A DNA stretch of 63,993 nt, the filler included, from Bigelowiella natans CCMP2755 (lineage: Eukaryota; Protista; Cercozoa): assembly GCA_000320545.1 (NCBI GenBank). It is 7 parts of 7 records of this genome, joined end to end, with 100 filler letters (N's around TTAATTAATTAA, not from the genome) between each part and the next. Parts side by side here need not be neighbours in the genome. Positions count along the whole stretch, not along the records: positions 23,862 to 43,424 come from ADNK01002503.1; 6 more parts are not named here. The stretch is one strand, 5' to 3'. Within the stretch, counting starts at the first letter, position 1. Each line of letters opens with the position of its first letter. This document shows positions 25,533-38,100 of this stretch, piece after piece. The notes below the pieces were generated by a model. The model had not been told where the DNA came from. It did no database searches and was given only the letters and a program-made list of their open reading frames with translations. The position numbers and the translations under genes were made by a program.

Positions 25533-26080
25533 ATGAGTATGACCGCATTTCTCATAAAAATCCCCGGAGACTTCGCATCGGAGGCTTGACTGGAGTCCGA
25601 TTTTTAATGGTAAAATTCAAATCGGACACTCAACCGGTAGATCTAGAAGGCGCTGACGATTATGGCTCTAGTCGCCCCGCCGCGCCCTTGCCCTCAATGC
25701 ATAGCTTGCGAGCACGGTAGTGCACCGATAGGGATAAGAGAGGCCGGAAGCTCTTATCTTTCTTTTCCCAGCGAACCCTAGTGCACCGGAGAATGTTCTT
25801 CAGAAACAATTGCTAGAGGCTTATTTAGCCTATGTTGCGTTTTCCAGCGTACGGGCAATCTTTGTGCGGTAGGCAGCATGCAAACGTTCGCTGGCCGTAC
25901 GTACAAGGCTCCAAGAACATCTACTCGGTCGAGCATGTAGTTGCCGAATATAGCCCCCCCGATCCACCCGAGCGCTTCTTGATTCTCATTGCGACACGAT
26001 ACACGATCGACTTTCATGTGCCATTCAAAATAAATAATTCAAAAGAGCATTCAATGTGCACGTTGCTGGCAGCCAGATGA
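25533..26080 (+). CDS. Possible small hypothetical protein
   Basis: Short coding-like pieces with splice-like flanks, for example SKNIYSVEHVVAEYSPPDPPERFLIL. Weak support. Confidence 0.2.
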
Positions 26081-26397
26081 ATCGTGCTTTTGCCACATCA
26101 CATCTTGCGATGAACCACACAATTGCGCATCACACTTAAAAAAAAATCCTGGTACGATGTAATCAAAATATGCACAGTCAACGCGCTGCCATGCATAGCC
26201 ATAGGCACACATCTCGAATACATAGCGTGCATGTATCTAATAAATATTTTATAATACAACTATGTGAACGCATACAGCTTTGCCGAAAAACAACGAACCC
26301 ATAGCATGATCGAAACAAAAAATAATAGGCTAAACACGTTATAATTTGTACTTACATCATTAATATTTTAAGTTGCATCTACATCGTTGAACTCGAG

Positions 26398-27216
26398 TTA
26401 TGAAACTGTACAGCATCTTGATCTTGCCATATCTCCGATTTCCGGTAGTACATCTGAGTTTCTATGTATTTCCTCATTTTTTAAGAAGTAACGAATTCTC
26501 TCCAATTTGCAGGGTATACCCAACTCATCTGCAAATTTCACTCTCCTCGTTCTTGGAGAATTTTGCGATTCCTTTTCCGACACAAAATCGGAAATGCTTT
26601 TTACTCTATCGCGTGATTTCAACGCGCTTCGAAGAATATCCAGATTCTCAGCTGATTTAACTTCGATCAGAAACCTATTCCTCTTCTGCTCCATCGTTGG
26701 CGATGCTTGTCTCCGAAACGAATCGTCTTCGCCGTCGCTATACTCCTCTTCAGCTCCTATGAGAATCCTCCCACTTGGGGAACGCTTGACCTCTACCTTT
26801 CGACTTAATGCAGGCGAATTTGATGGGGAAGAAGGAAGGGCCATGGAGTTTTCACTTTCTTTGGTGTTATCGTTTGGAGCGTGGGCTGTAGGTGTCACTG
26901 ACAGCGGTAAGCGCTTGACTTCTATCGTTCGATTGAATGAAGTAGAATTTGACGGCGAAGAGGAGCTATCCTTGAGAGATTGACCCGTCCCGCTGTTATT
27001 GTTTATTACTAGTCTGGGGGGCCTCCTTAGTCGTGGCGCAGTGTTGCCATCGTTGCCATCTTGGCTCCCGCTACGTGCTACTTCACATGTGTTCTCAAGT
27101 TTGGGTATCGCAGGGAGCTTACTTGGCTTTCGTTTTTCACCAGTGGGGGGGGTGTTCCAGCACTTTTTCTTCCCATCGGCTTCTTGTCCCCCAAGGGGGT
27201 GAACAGTAGCTGGCAA
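26398..27216 (-). CDS. Disordered protein with an RVxF PP1-docking motif and a C-terminal CaaX box (5' exon unresolved)
   Basis: The 272-codon open frame is S/P/N-rich, contains RRVKFADELGIPCKLERIRYF and ends RSRCCTVS-stop. It has no upstream in-frame ATG, so an earlier exon is implied. Confidence 0.6.
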   Translation of the reverse strand: MPATVHPLGGQEADGKKKCWNTPPTGEKRKPSKLPAIPKLENTCEVARSGSQDGNDGNTAPRLRRPPRLVINNNSGTGQSLKDSSSSPSNSTSFNRTIEVKRLPLSVTPTAHAPNDNTKESENSMALPSSPSNSPALSRKVEVKRSPSGRILIGAEEEYSDGEDDSFRRQASPTMEQKRNRFLIEVKSAENLDILRSALKSRDRVKSISDFVSEKESQNSPRTRRVKFADELGIPCKLERIRYFLKNEEIHRNSDVLPEIGDMARSRCCTVS

Positions 27217-27519
27217 AGTTCTCCAGCTGCTCGGAAATCCGAGTCAGCACTATGCTCTTCTGTTAATGTTTCCTCTGCAAAATTGAGAAGCAATGTGCCT
27301 GCTCTCCCTAGGATTTAGGATCTAGATTTCGAACACTGGTTTCCCCTTAGGCCTTGGACTCGTTGTGGGTTTGGAAAGCAATGGGTTTCTACCCATGCAG
27401 TACGGATATTTCGCTTATTTGTTCTATGACTGTTGAAGAACGATACTGCTTTGCTATAACAACGATTTTCCCTACCTAAATTGTAATTTAATGAGATCAA
27501 AATCCTTCCACATGCTAAA

Positions 27520-29828
27520 ATGGATACGAGTGTTCGTAAAGTGTTGAGTCTGCTTTTCAGTGATTGTAAGTGACTGTTAATGTGCTTTATAAAAGAAAAA
27601 GAAATACCTCTTATAGACGTAGATCGACGATTTTTTATCTTGTGCCTGGCTAAACCCCTTTTCTTGATGTGGTTATCTCACACTTTGAATAAAAACCTAG
27701 AAAGTAAGTCAAAAGAAATTGAACACAACATACTACTTTCGTTGGATTGAGAGCCTACACAATGCAAGCGTCAGTATTTCCGAGTTGGTCTGCACTTCAT
27801 ACTGGAAATCATGGAGTTTCAATTATCACTTTTCTTTGCTAAACCAGATTTACATGGTTCCGTCCCCACCTTCTTCACCCTTATCGAGGTGTGCGAACAC
27901 GTTTCATTTTTATCATGGAAACGAGCAGGCAGTGCTGTCTTCAATTTCCCCTTATTATCTCCTACAGTTCAGTCGCTTAGGGAAAATATCTTGCATTTTC
28001 ATACAAAATCAGTACCCTATTTTGAAGCAACTTTTCCCTCGTTACCGAAGAGAGGCACATATATTCTTGTCGCTCTTAGGAAAATGATTTCAACAGGATC
28101 TAAAGGAACAATATGCATTCTTTAAAACGCAGGATATTGCATTACTGCGACAACCAACACTAGATTCGTAAAAGACCGCCCCTACTCCTTCCTTATCAAA
28201 GTACGTAGGGCAGTTGGTGTGCTCGCCTCATGGATTGTGCTTTGAAAATTTCACCGTTGACCCATGCCGATCATGTTTCTTTTGGTAAACAGATACACTT
28301 TTAAAGGGGGGGGGGCTTTGCATGAATGGAGGATCTAGAAATCGCCTCGGAGAACCCAAACTCAATCCCTGGCAAGATTGCATCCATCGTCCCAATGTCG
28401 CATCAGGCTCATACACACCATTCTGGTCATGATATGGCTGATCCTGGCGAAATAATTTAGAAATAGGCTAAGGAACGAAAACATTTGGTCATTGGTGATA
28501 GACACATAATAATGATGTTTAGGTTTGGCCTCGAGCAGTGTTGTTAAAATCGAACAAACGCAGAGCAGTGATGGCCCAGGCAGCGATGCTTGGAGTACTG
28601 GACAGGTCCAAATTTGCTGAATTATATTGGTCACAACTTCAACAACAACAACAACAACAACAACAAAAATGTTCCTTTAACGTCAGGACTCGCGCCCCGA
28701 CCGGAGAATGGCCCGAAAAGCAGAACTAGCCCGGGAGAGCCGGAAGAGGAAAAAGGTCTATGTTCAAACATTGCAAGAGAAGGCAAGGCGATATGCCTCC
28801 AAGGTGGAAGCATTGGAAAGGCGAGAGGTAACAATATCGCGGCGCACTACCGTGGGGATAGCTAATGGCTACGGTTTTCACATCACAGACTCGTGCACTA
28901 GCTTCGTTGGGACTCTCGTCCGTGAGTCGCGATGAGCAGGTATTCGTTTCGGGTGTTCTCGTGGAACAGATGGCTCATTCAATTGCTTGCCTTGCACTTA
29001 GCACCGGCGCATGGAACAAAATGAAATTTTGAGAGCCATGGCGCTCAAAATAGATTCGCGCCCTGAAGGCAAAGCAGATGCAGAGGTCAGAGCCATGTCA
29101 ACGATGCTGACGAATCTGTGGGTTCAAGGATGTGTTAAATCAGGCTATCAAGAAACTCCTTCGAAAGTTCACGGAAAATTCCCGAAAGCGGCAGGCACAA
29201 GTAAGTGGGCTCTTCGATAAAGTAAAGGAATGCGTTGTTCCCGAGCTACAAGCGAAATTTGCCCTCTGGATTTTGTCGCAAGACGACCGTTTTTATGAAG
29301 AATCAAGCTTCTGGCCATCGCTCGCCTATCAAGAACTTGGAATTAGCATTGATCAAGCAGAAAAACTGAAGGTGTACAACGTACCGTTTGTATAAGAGAA
29401 CAGCGATCAAATAACGATAATCATCATATGACAGACACTCCGGAAAGAAGTTGCAAATCGAAGAAATAACTTGGACCAAACGCTGGTATATTACACAACT
29501 GAACCCTGACTTCACATTATCTTATTGTAGAATTTTGGTAGTCAAAACTAGAAACAGTTCGGGGAGAGGCTATTGTAAACATGACCTCGCTCAATAAGGT
29601 ACAGAACACAATTCCACTTTAAAGTTCTTGAATTCACGAAGACTGGTTCAGGCAATGGATAAGCTGATGTCACATCTTAACACCGAGCAACAAGCAAAGT
29701 TTGCTGTCTGGGTAGCGAAGTAAGCGTTCATATTTTTTTATTTTTTATCTTGAGCCTAACCTAATTTTCCCTCTTCTAGAAACAAATGGTGTATGGAGAT
29801 GATGAGTGTGCTATGGGGCAAGCACTGA
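27520..29828 (+). CDS. bZIP transcription factor with a helical C-terminal domain
   Basis: Basic region RRMARKAELARESRKRKKVYVQTLQEK (28700-28790). Later exons: NSRKRQAQ...LQAKFALWILSQDDRFY, EQQAKFAVWVAK|NKWCMEMMSVLWGKH-TGA (ends 29828). The 5' end is uncertain. Confidence 0.85.
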
Positions 29829-29899
29829 TTACACTTCTACTCTGCGGTTTTCGTGTAATAAGTTTCCTCAAAATTCATATCCTTCTCTAAACATCACGA

Positions 29900-31020
29900 T
29901 CAAGCAAGAAGGTACATGTGCATACGGAAGCGCACCAATGAAATTTTAAAAAAATCAAACGCAATGAAGCTAATGAGCGAGTAAGCCCCATAGAAAATAA
30001 CAATAATGAATCACCGCATTGCATTGGGCGGGCAACACCATCATGCATGGACGCGAATGACTGAAGACCATGTTTGTGCAGCAGCGTCGTAGTGTGCTAA
30101 CTAGCTATAGTGTAGCAACAATGTGATTCAATGTTCATGATTTTTGTAGTGGTAGAGCGATGCAGATGCTCGCTGTTGCTCCATTTTCATGCATGTGCCA
30201 CTACGATGCCATCACACAGCCAGCCTAGCAGCACAAGAGCATGCTGCATGCATGCTGGCATGGAGTGCCAAATCAAAAAAGGCTCTTCAACATTCTAGCA
30301 TTTGGAAGAATTGAACATGTTGAATTCCGTCGTGTAGGCAGTCTCTAGGCATCACATGTGCGAGAAATGAGTTCCACCTGGGAATGCTAATCGATTGACT
30401 TCCTGTGCAAACTTGCTAGCTTGCTTGTGACACATCGATGTCTGGACGCTCTGGCGCTCGTTTCGATTTTCCAACTGGCTAGCTGGATCTAGGATTGCAG
30501 GATGAACGATCTAGCGATGACAAAGCTGCGTGCAAAAGTCACAAACAAAAAACAAACGAGAAGCAACTACTTGCTCAGTTCCTGCACACACCCAATCTCC
30601 CTCAGTGCATGCAGTTGCACAGTGTCATCGAATGAATCGAATGATGTGGTTCCAGTACATGGTGCATGCGATGCAAGTTCACCAAGCGCACACGCAGATT
30701 CATCAACAATTCATCGCGACTAATCCATCTCGACTTTCATTTTTCCCCGCCCAACTACATGCTGATCTTGGCAAGTAGCCAAGGATTGTGGGATGTGCCA
30801 ACTCTTCCAATGAACAATGAACAATGATGATGGATGAACATCCACCAAAGTCCCATGAAAAATCAAGGTAAGATCATCTGGGGTGACAGAAAAAATCAAA
30901 ATGATGGAAAATGTAGCAAATATTTGTGCAGCGACATACTCATCCGTCCTAGTTCTTCCATAATTGCCTTGAGCATCATTCGTTCTCCAGACCTCACACA
31001 ACTGCCTCCCCCATTAACGA
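29900..31020. repeat. Decayed dispersed repeat, CpG-depleted patch C
   Basis: Contains the inverted copy of 11347-11450. TG/CA/CTAG-rich. Confidence 0.7.
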
Positions 31021-31068
31021 CATAGATCTCATCCTGAGAGGAGGCGGGCACTCGTAGGCCTGGCCCAC

Positions 31069-32525
31069 ATGCGATCGCTTCTCCTTCTTCTCCTTGGCCT
31101 CGTTGCATCGGCCCCAACGCCCACCTCGGCTCGTGCGGAAAAGCCGGTGGTGATCTATGTCCCGCTAGATGAGCGCTTCGCAACCCGCGGCCTATGGCTC
31201 AACCTCGCGAAGATCGCTGGCTCGGCGTACGAGATACGCACGCCGCCCCCGGAAATCATTTCCCGGCGCAAGAAAAGTGCGAACATCAGCGCCTTGCACG
31301 CATGGGTCGAGTCCAACTCGCCCTCCGCCTCCGCCATGGTCGCCTCCGCGGAGATGCTTCTCTACGGCGGACTGATTGCCTCGCGCATCAGCAACGACTC
31401 TGAGTCGCAAGTCACCAGGAGGCTAGAATGGCTGGCGGGGCTATCCGATAAGTCGGGCATGGCCGTCTACCTATCGACAGTAGTCATGCGCATACCTTCC
31501 TACAACGGCGACTTCGAGGAGCCATGGTACTGGGCGGACTATGGCGCGAGCCTGTACAACTTCTCATACTTCACCGGCCGCTATAACGCACTCCACGACC
31601 CAGCAGACCGCCGTGCCGCCGGCCAATACCGCGCGGAGGTGCCCGCGCCCGTTGTCCAGCAGTTCCTATGGAGAAGGAGCCGCAATCACAACATCACAAG
31701 GCAGGTGCTTCAAATGCAGGCCACGAAGAACGCGAAGTTTGGCTCGAGTTCGGACCCCCCGCGGCCATTCGCTGCGGTCTACATCACCCTAGACGACTCG
31801 GGGCAGTATGGGCTGAATGTGGAAGAGGCTGGTGATCTCCAAAGCCTTGCGTTCTCGAAGCTCCGCCTCCCCACCTCAACAGTGAAGATCTATCCTGGAG
31901 CGGACGAGGTGGGGTCCGCCCTTTTAGCCCGCCTTGTAGTCGACGAGCGCGCGGAGGCTTCGAAGGGAATTCCACCCAGCGTGTATGTCCTCTGGCGTCT
32001 ACCCAACTCCACGCATCTAATCCCGAACTATGAGAACCAGCCCGTGAATCGCACAGTGTACGAGCAGCTGGAGGCCTGTGGACTGCAGGTCGTGAAGGAG
32101 GTCGACAGCGCTGATGTGATATTCGCGGTAAACAACTTCGGGGAATACCCTCAGCTCGAATCGTCGCAACAGGTGGGAGGCCCTTTTCCATGGTTTTTTT
32201 CTTCCGATTTTGCGTTCATCAGAGCTCCCCTCATCTATTGCAACGCTGAATTGTGCCCTAACCCCCCCCCCCCCGCCGCAGGTTCCGACCTCCCCCTCAG
32301 ACTACAGCGACATCATTGCTGAGATCCACGCTGCTAGCAGCCAGGTCATCGCATTTGCTGATGTTCGCTACTCGAACGGCGGGGACTTGTCTTTTGTCCA
32401 GTGGATGTTTGGCCAGGTCTCTCGCAGCAACGCTTCCTTTTACCCGAATCTCCTTCCCGGGGCGTTTGCTTACGCCGGATGGAACACTGACGGTGAGTGA
32501 TGAGAGACATGAATACAAACTTTCA

Positions 32526-32599
<74 letters not shown>

Positions 32600-34830
32600 T
32601 GCGCATGGAGATAGAACAGGGGCAAGGGGGGGGGGGTCGACAACCTGGAAGGGGTATATACCACAAAAATGAGACTTCAAACAAATAAAAATTCGCAGGA
32701 AACACTCTGGGGACGGCAGCAGCGAACGCCGTCCTATTATGGGCCTTCAACGGAGGAGGCGCGCCTTCGAAAAACGATGTCGCTCGCCCAAGCTCGACGC
32801 TGGCGGCGAGCAAGCGCTTCACGCTTCTCCGCGTTCTTGAAGACGCGGAGTACCAGTCCGCAGCTCGCAACCGTTTGGTCTCGTTCGTCGAATCGTCGGG
32901 GGATGAGATCACTGACCTCGCGGCCGACCTGGGCTTCTACGAGCGCTTTTCGTTCAAGCTCCTGGCAGAGAAAAGCAGGTATTATGCCCCGCTTCTCAAG
33001 CTCGATGCCGGCCTGACCCCATTAGCAGCGGTCTACTACCCTTGGAACCGCACGTTCGAGATAGGCCTTACACTCTCCGCCGCTCCAGAAAGCCAGCGCC
33101 CAGCCAGGCATGCGCGCACAGGCAACCAACCGGGAGACGTCGAGAGGGAGGGGGGGGGGGAAGATGCTGAAGGGACGGCGAAAGATGCTTTTGGTAGAAT
33201 GAAAGCTGCGGAGACGCCGCCGCCGTGCGATGTGATCGTCATTGGGGGCTCCACCGCCGCTTTGGCGTCCGCCCTCTCGAGCGCGGACGCAAGCCCCGAC
33301 CTGCACACGTGCCTCGTGGAACCGACAACCTGGCCGGGGGGGCAGCTCACCGCTTCTCTCATCTCAGCAGTTGACTTTGGCCACCAGAATCGAAACGTCA
33401 GCCGCCTCCCCGACCTTTTTGTAGACCTCCTCGAGACTCTCGGATACCCCTCGCGCAACCCAGGGGCTTGCTGGGTCAGCACTATGTGCTACCGTGCATC
33501 AGACGCCCTGGAGCGATGGATCTTCCCGGCGCTCCGCAAGCGCAGCGCCAACCTACACGTCTTTTACGAAACGGTAGTGTCGTCGGTGGAAACGCGCGAA
33601 ACGAGCACGGGCGCCTCGGGGGAGCCTGCTAGCGTCCTCATCACTGGCGTTGTAGCGGTGACCCGCACGCCGCGCGACCGCAGGGCTGCTGAAGCCCTGG
33701 ATTTCTCAGCGCAGGTGAGCGACTGGTACGACCATGCCGACTCGGAAGCGTTCACGAAGACCGTGCGCCGCTTGGCGAGGCAAGCCGCCGGGACTCCGCC
33801 CAGCTCCTCCACGTCGCCGCCCCCCGTCGTCATCGATGCTAGCGAGTTCGGGGATGGCTTGGTTCTCTCGGGCGCGAGCTTTGTGCAGGGCAACGAGCTT
33901 GACGAAGGCGGGCTTCAGACCGACGACACGTGCGGCCAGGCGTTTGCCTTCCCCTGCTATCTCAATGACCATGCCGGCCCGTCGCTGCGTGCTCCGCCTG
34001 ACTTGGAGAAACGAGGGCGACACCCATCGGCGCCATCGCTGTCTGCCCAGAACTTCTCGCTCGGAAACTTCTCCTACTCGCAGGTGTGGTCGTACCGTCG
34101 CGTCGCGCCGCACACGAGCCTCATGGCTTGGGGCGGGCGCAACGGCGACGGGAACGACTTCCCCTACGGATATCTCTTCCTCGACACAGCCGCGACGCTC
34201 GCGCAGAAGGGGGGGGGGGGGGGCTGGCGCGGCGGGCTGAACGTGTCCAACGCAGCCGCCGCCGAGAGGCAGTCGCTCGACTTCGCGGAGTGGTACTCAG
34301 AGCAGCACCCGAAAGGCACGAAGCTTCCCGCTGTGGCGACGGGGGGCGACGCGTCGGGGACGGCGCGAGGACTGAGCAAAATGCCCTACGTGCGAGATAC
34401 GCGCCGGAGCGTGGGACTGGCAGGTTTCCGGCTGACGAGCGCGCACATGGCAAACGCGACCAGGTTTCCCGACCGCGTCGGCCTCGGAGACTATCTCTTT
34501 TTCGATGAGCACGGGATGCAAGGGTGCAGGCCCATGGAGTGGGCAGGTGACTTGAGGCCGTACTACCTCCCCCTCAGAGCTCTGACCAACCGCGACGTGT
34601 CGAATCTGTTAGTCGCCGGAAAGACTATGGCTCAAACGAACGCTGCCAATGCGGGGACGCGCCTGCATCCCGTGGAGTGGGCTTCCGGTACAGCTGCGGG
34701 GATCATGGCTGCTCTGATGCTGCGCGGGGGAGAACTCCTCAGTGCTGCGGATGTGGTCGAAAGCTGCCTAGGTGACGATTTGTGTCCTCTTCAGAAAGAA
34801 ATCCAGAAGGTGGCGCCAATTGATTGGTGA
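31069..34830 (+). CDS. Secreted DUF4127 + FAD-dependent oxidoreductase (PF12831-like) fusion, 1148 aa
   Basis: Exons 31069-32172, 32282-32492 and 32699-34830 total 3447 nt in frame. Signal peptide MRSLLLLLLGLVASA. DUF4127 motifs YVPLDER, MLLYGGLIASR, YPGADEVG, ADVRYSNGGD, YAGWNTDGNTLGTA. FAD module DVIVIGGSTAALASA...GGQLT, RDTRR, LPLRAL, LLVAGK, TRLHPVEWASGTAAG. Confidence 0.88.
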
Positions 34831-34925
34831 TGATGACCGAAAATATCCAAGGCACTTGTGATTAAAATGACATTTTTGCAATTTTGTTGGCCAATCCTCA
34901 TCTTCAGCCACCACACGTGCCATGC

Positions 34926-35101
34926 TATAGCATGGCATTGTGCAATGCTTGTACATGTGTCCGTAGCTAGCGTACTTGTCTAGCGTTATATAGCATGGCA
35001 TTGTGCAATGCTTGTACATGTGTCCGTAGCTAGCGTACTTGTCTAGCGTTATATAGCATGGCATTGTGCAATGCTTGTACATGTGTCCGTAGCTAGCGTA
35101 C
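34926..35101. repeat. 63-bp tandem repeat, about 2.8 copies
   Basis: The unit tagcatggcattgtgcaatgcttgtacatgtgtccgtagctagcgtacttgtctagcgttata is repeated head to tail. Confidence 0.95.
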
Positions 35102-35252
35102 TAGCGTAGCCCCAGATGGAATGAATGCGCGCGTGCACCTCACATTTCAGCAGCGCTTGGTGTGTATAGCTAGTGAGCGCTGATTCAATTTCTTCCAGTC
35201 TTGTGCAGTGCCCTGGCTCGTTCTCTCCATGCCTCTAGCACGAGCGAGGTAG

Positions 35253-35297
<45 letters not shown>

Positions 35298-35584
35298 CGT
35301 GCCCGCGCGAAAGCAAGTAAGCAAGCTCGACGATGCCATGTGCACACCAATTTAGCAATGCATGGACAAAGAATGCAGCACATCTCCTTACATCAGCCGT
35401 CTAGCTGTGCATGATGCGACGAATTTCAACAAAACAACAGCTCGGGGGGTGCATGGCTGTGGCATGGAAAATTTCTAGATTTGTGCAAAACAGTAACGAT
35501 GAAGCCCCCCCAGGGACAATCCACTATCAAGGGGTAAATGGCGGTCGTGCCAGGATTGGGTGCGCAGCAAGAACATGTAATTCG

Positions 35585-36007
35585 TCATCGATATACACTG
35601 GTGTCGTCGGATTCGTCTCGACCTCCACGCGCGCTATTTCTACTACTATGCTGGTCGGTGTAGGGGGGGGGGGAATTTAAGCTGCCTGTCCTAGACAAAC
35701 GTCGGCTGCCCAGGACGCCATCCTCTCCTGTGTTATAGTCTCCGCCTACGTCAGAATTGTGGGGAGATTTCCGATCCATCGAGTTGGGGTTGAACGGTCG
35801 TGAATTCTTGAATGTCTATCAGAAGGGAGGGGGGGCACACCACAAGTAAGAAGAACAACAAATGCGATATAATTTGTTTCTGAGGGTATCGTTGGAACAA
35901 CGGTGAGGCGAAGAAGAGGAGGAATGGGATATCACCAACGCCATACAAGACGGCGATCGATAGTTTAATCGTTAAACTGGAAAATGACAAGAAGAACATG
36001 TAATATA

Positions 36008-36079
<72 letters not shown>

Positions 36080-36257
36080 AAATGCTTTTTATGTGCTTAC
36101 CAGGACTTCAAAGTCCGCTGCAGCCGGGACCTTCGATCGTAACGAATATAAAACGAGGAGGATGTTAACACAACAAATGCAATATAGAATAATATATATA
36201 TATATATATATATACATATTCCCTTCGCAAACTTCACACGCACACTCAATACGCAAA

Positions 36258-36299
<42 letters not shown>

Positions 36300-36306
36300 T
36301 CTCTCT

Positions 36307-36340
<34 letters not shown>

Positions 36341-37212
36341 GATATCATGGCGCCCAATAATACGCACCGCACTCCATTGCTCCTCTATATGGGCGATGAG
36401 TTGATCTGTGTAGTGCACTATCGAAACGACACCGCAAACGACCGGCAGCAATAAAGGAAAGCGACGAAGACGGGCACACACACACACAGAGAGAGAGAGA
36501 GGGGGGGGGGGGGGGGGAGAGAAGACCGGTGTTATATAATCTGGAAGGTCATCAAGTTCCCTTTTTTTTCTCTCCTAGCATTCAATTCTCTCAAAACTAT
36601 CAGCTACACACTACCACACACACACCACGCCGCATATCTCTCCGCAGCCGCAACGAATTGACCTTTGGTGATGGAAGGCCATATGCGGTGATGGATGCAG
36701 CGCACCAGGAAGAATATTCCAATAAAGAACATGATGCACAGCACGTAGCTGCCGATTTGTTATTTCAAAAGCACACACAAAACAAGACAACAAGATGTTA
36801 AGACCAACACAAGGCCAGGGGGGAAGCAAAAAGATGAAGGGGAGGAGGAGGAGAAGGAGGAGGAAGAGGAAGAGGAGATTCCTAATCTTAAGAATATATG
36901 AACGCTTAAGATGTAGAATGGCATCATGTAATCCTCAGCAATAGCGACAACTCACATCAGTATAGATACTGCAGAGCCAACCATATCCTGCACGTAGTAC
37001 GGAGACGCCTTCCAAAGCAAAAAAAACAACGATTTGGCAACGCGCGGAAACTCAGAGGCTTATCATTCCCAATGGCCTTGTACAGCCCCCCCTCCCTCTC
37101 CCCTAGTATTCCATACATGAAGGAGCTGGTAGCATAGCACACTCCAAGCGAGGAAGACGAAGACGTACGAGCTCAACACAAACAGCTCCACTTTGATGTT
37201 CTCGAATCTGGA

Positions 37213-37263
<51 letters not shown>

Positions 37264-37293
37264 AATACACACACACGCATCTTCAAAGTGAGC

Positions 37294-37330
<37 letters not shown>

Positions 37331-37673
37331 CGTATGCAGCTTTCTCCAGTGGCACTGTTTGCTGAGGGTGTAAGTGGGCTGCGACGTGCCCTAGCCTTCG
37401 CCGAAATTTCTCATCGAGCCGCATGTGCAATGAACGGTGCGAGAAAAGCTTAACTGCTCACCGCCCCCCCGCCCCCAGGCACGCCAATCAAGTAATATCC
37501 TAGATGCTTACGCGAATTTGTGTTCGATGAAGATCATTTCGCAGGTAGAGGTGATTAGGGGTACTGCGTGCACGATACTCATCACGATGAACCCTCCCAA
37601 GCTGATTATTGAGTAAACAAATACCACAGCATCATCAACATCACGGCTTGCATATCACTGAGCATACCAGTAA

Positions 37674-37728
<55 letters not shown>

Positions 37729-38100
37729 AAGATTCAACCTCATGCAATCGTCGTCCTTTGCCGTATTGTGGCAATGCGCGTCGATGTTGAAACGGGGAGT
37801 GAATGGGAGCACGACAACAAGATAGAATATACAGACACCGACGGCTAGAGTCAGGCATACTGTAAAAAAGATGTCGAGCTTTATATGAACCTAAGCACAT
37901 AGAAGTGAAAGGCGCGGACAGATTGAGGACGTAGACACGTGATTGATTGTTCTTGAAGAGTGGATAGCCGTGTGCCCTACTACGCAGTGTACAATGTTTC
38001 AACCTTTTCGGGATATGATCTTAAATCGGTAAGGAGAGCGAAGACGGCGAAGACGAGGTTGGTTATCAGGCCTGAGTATGAGATGTCAATACGGCGTCTC
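35585..38100 (-). CDS. Hypothetical multipass membrane protein
   Basis: Hydrophobic exons VHIKLDIFFTVCLTLAVGVCIFYLVVVLPF, AVVFVYSIISLGGFIVMSIVHAV, FENIKVELFVLSSYVFVFLAWSVLCYQ, YVLCIMFFIGIFFLVRC and LSIAVLYGVGDIPFLLFF, with GT/AG boundaries. Both termini are approximate. Confidence 0.55.
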
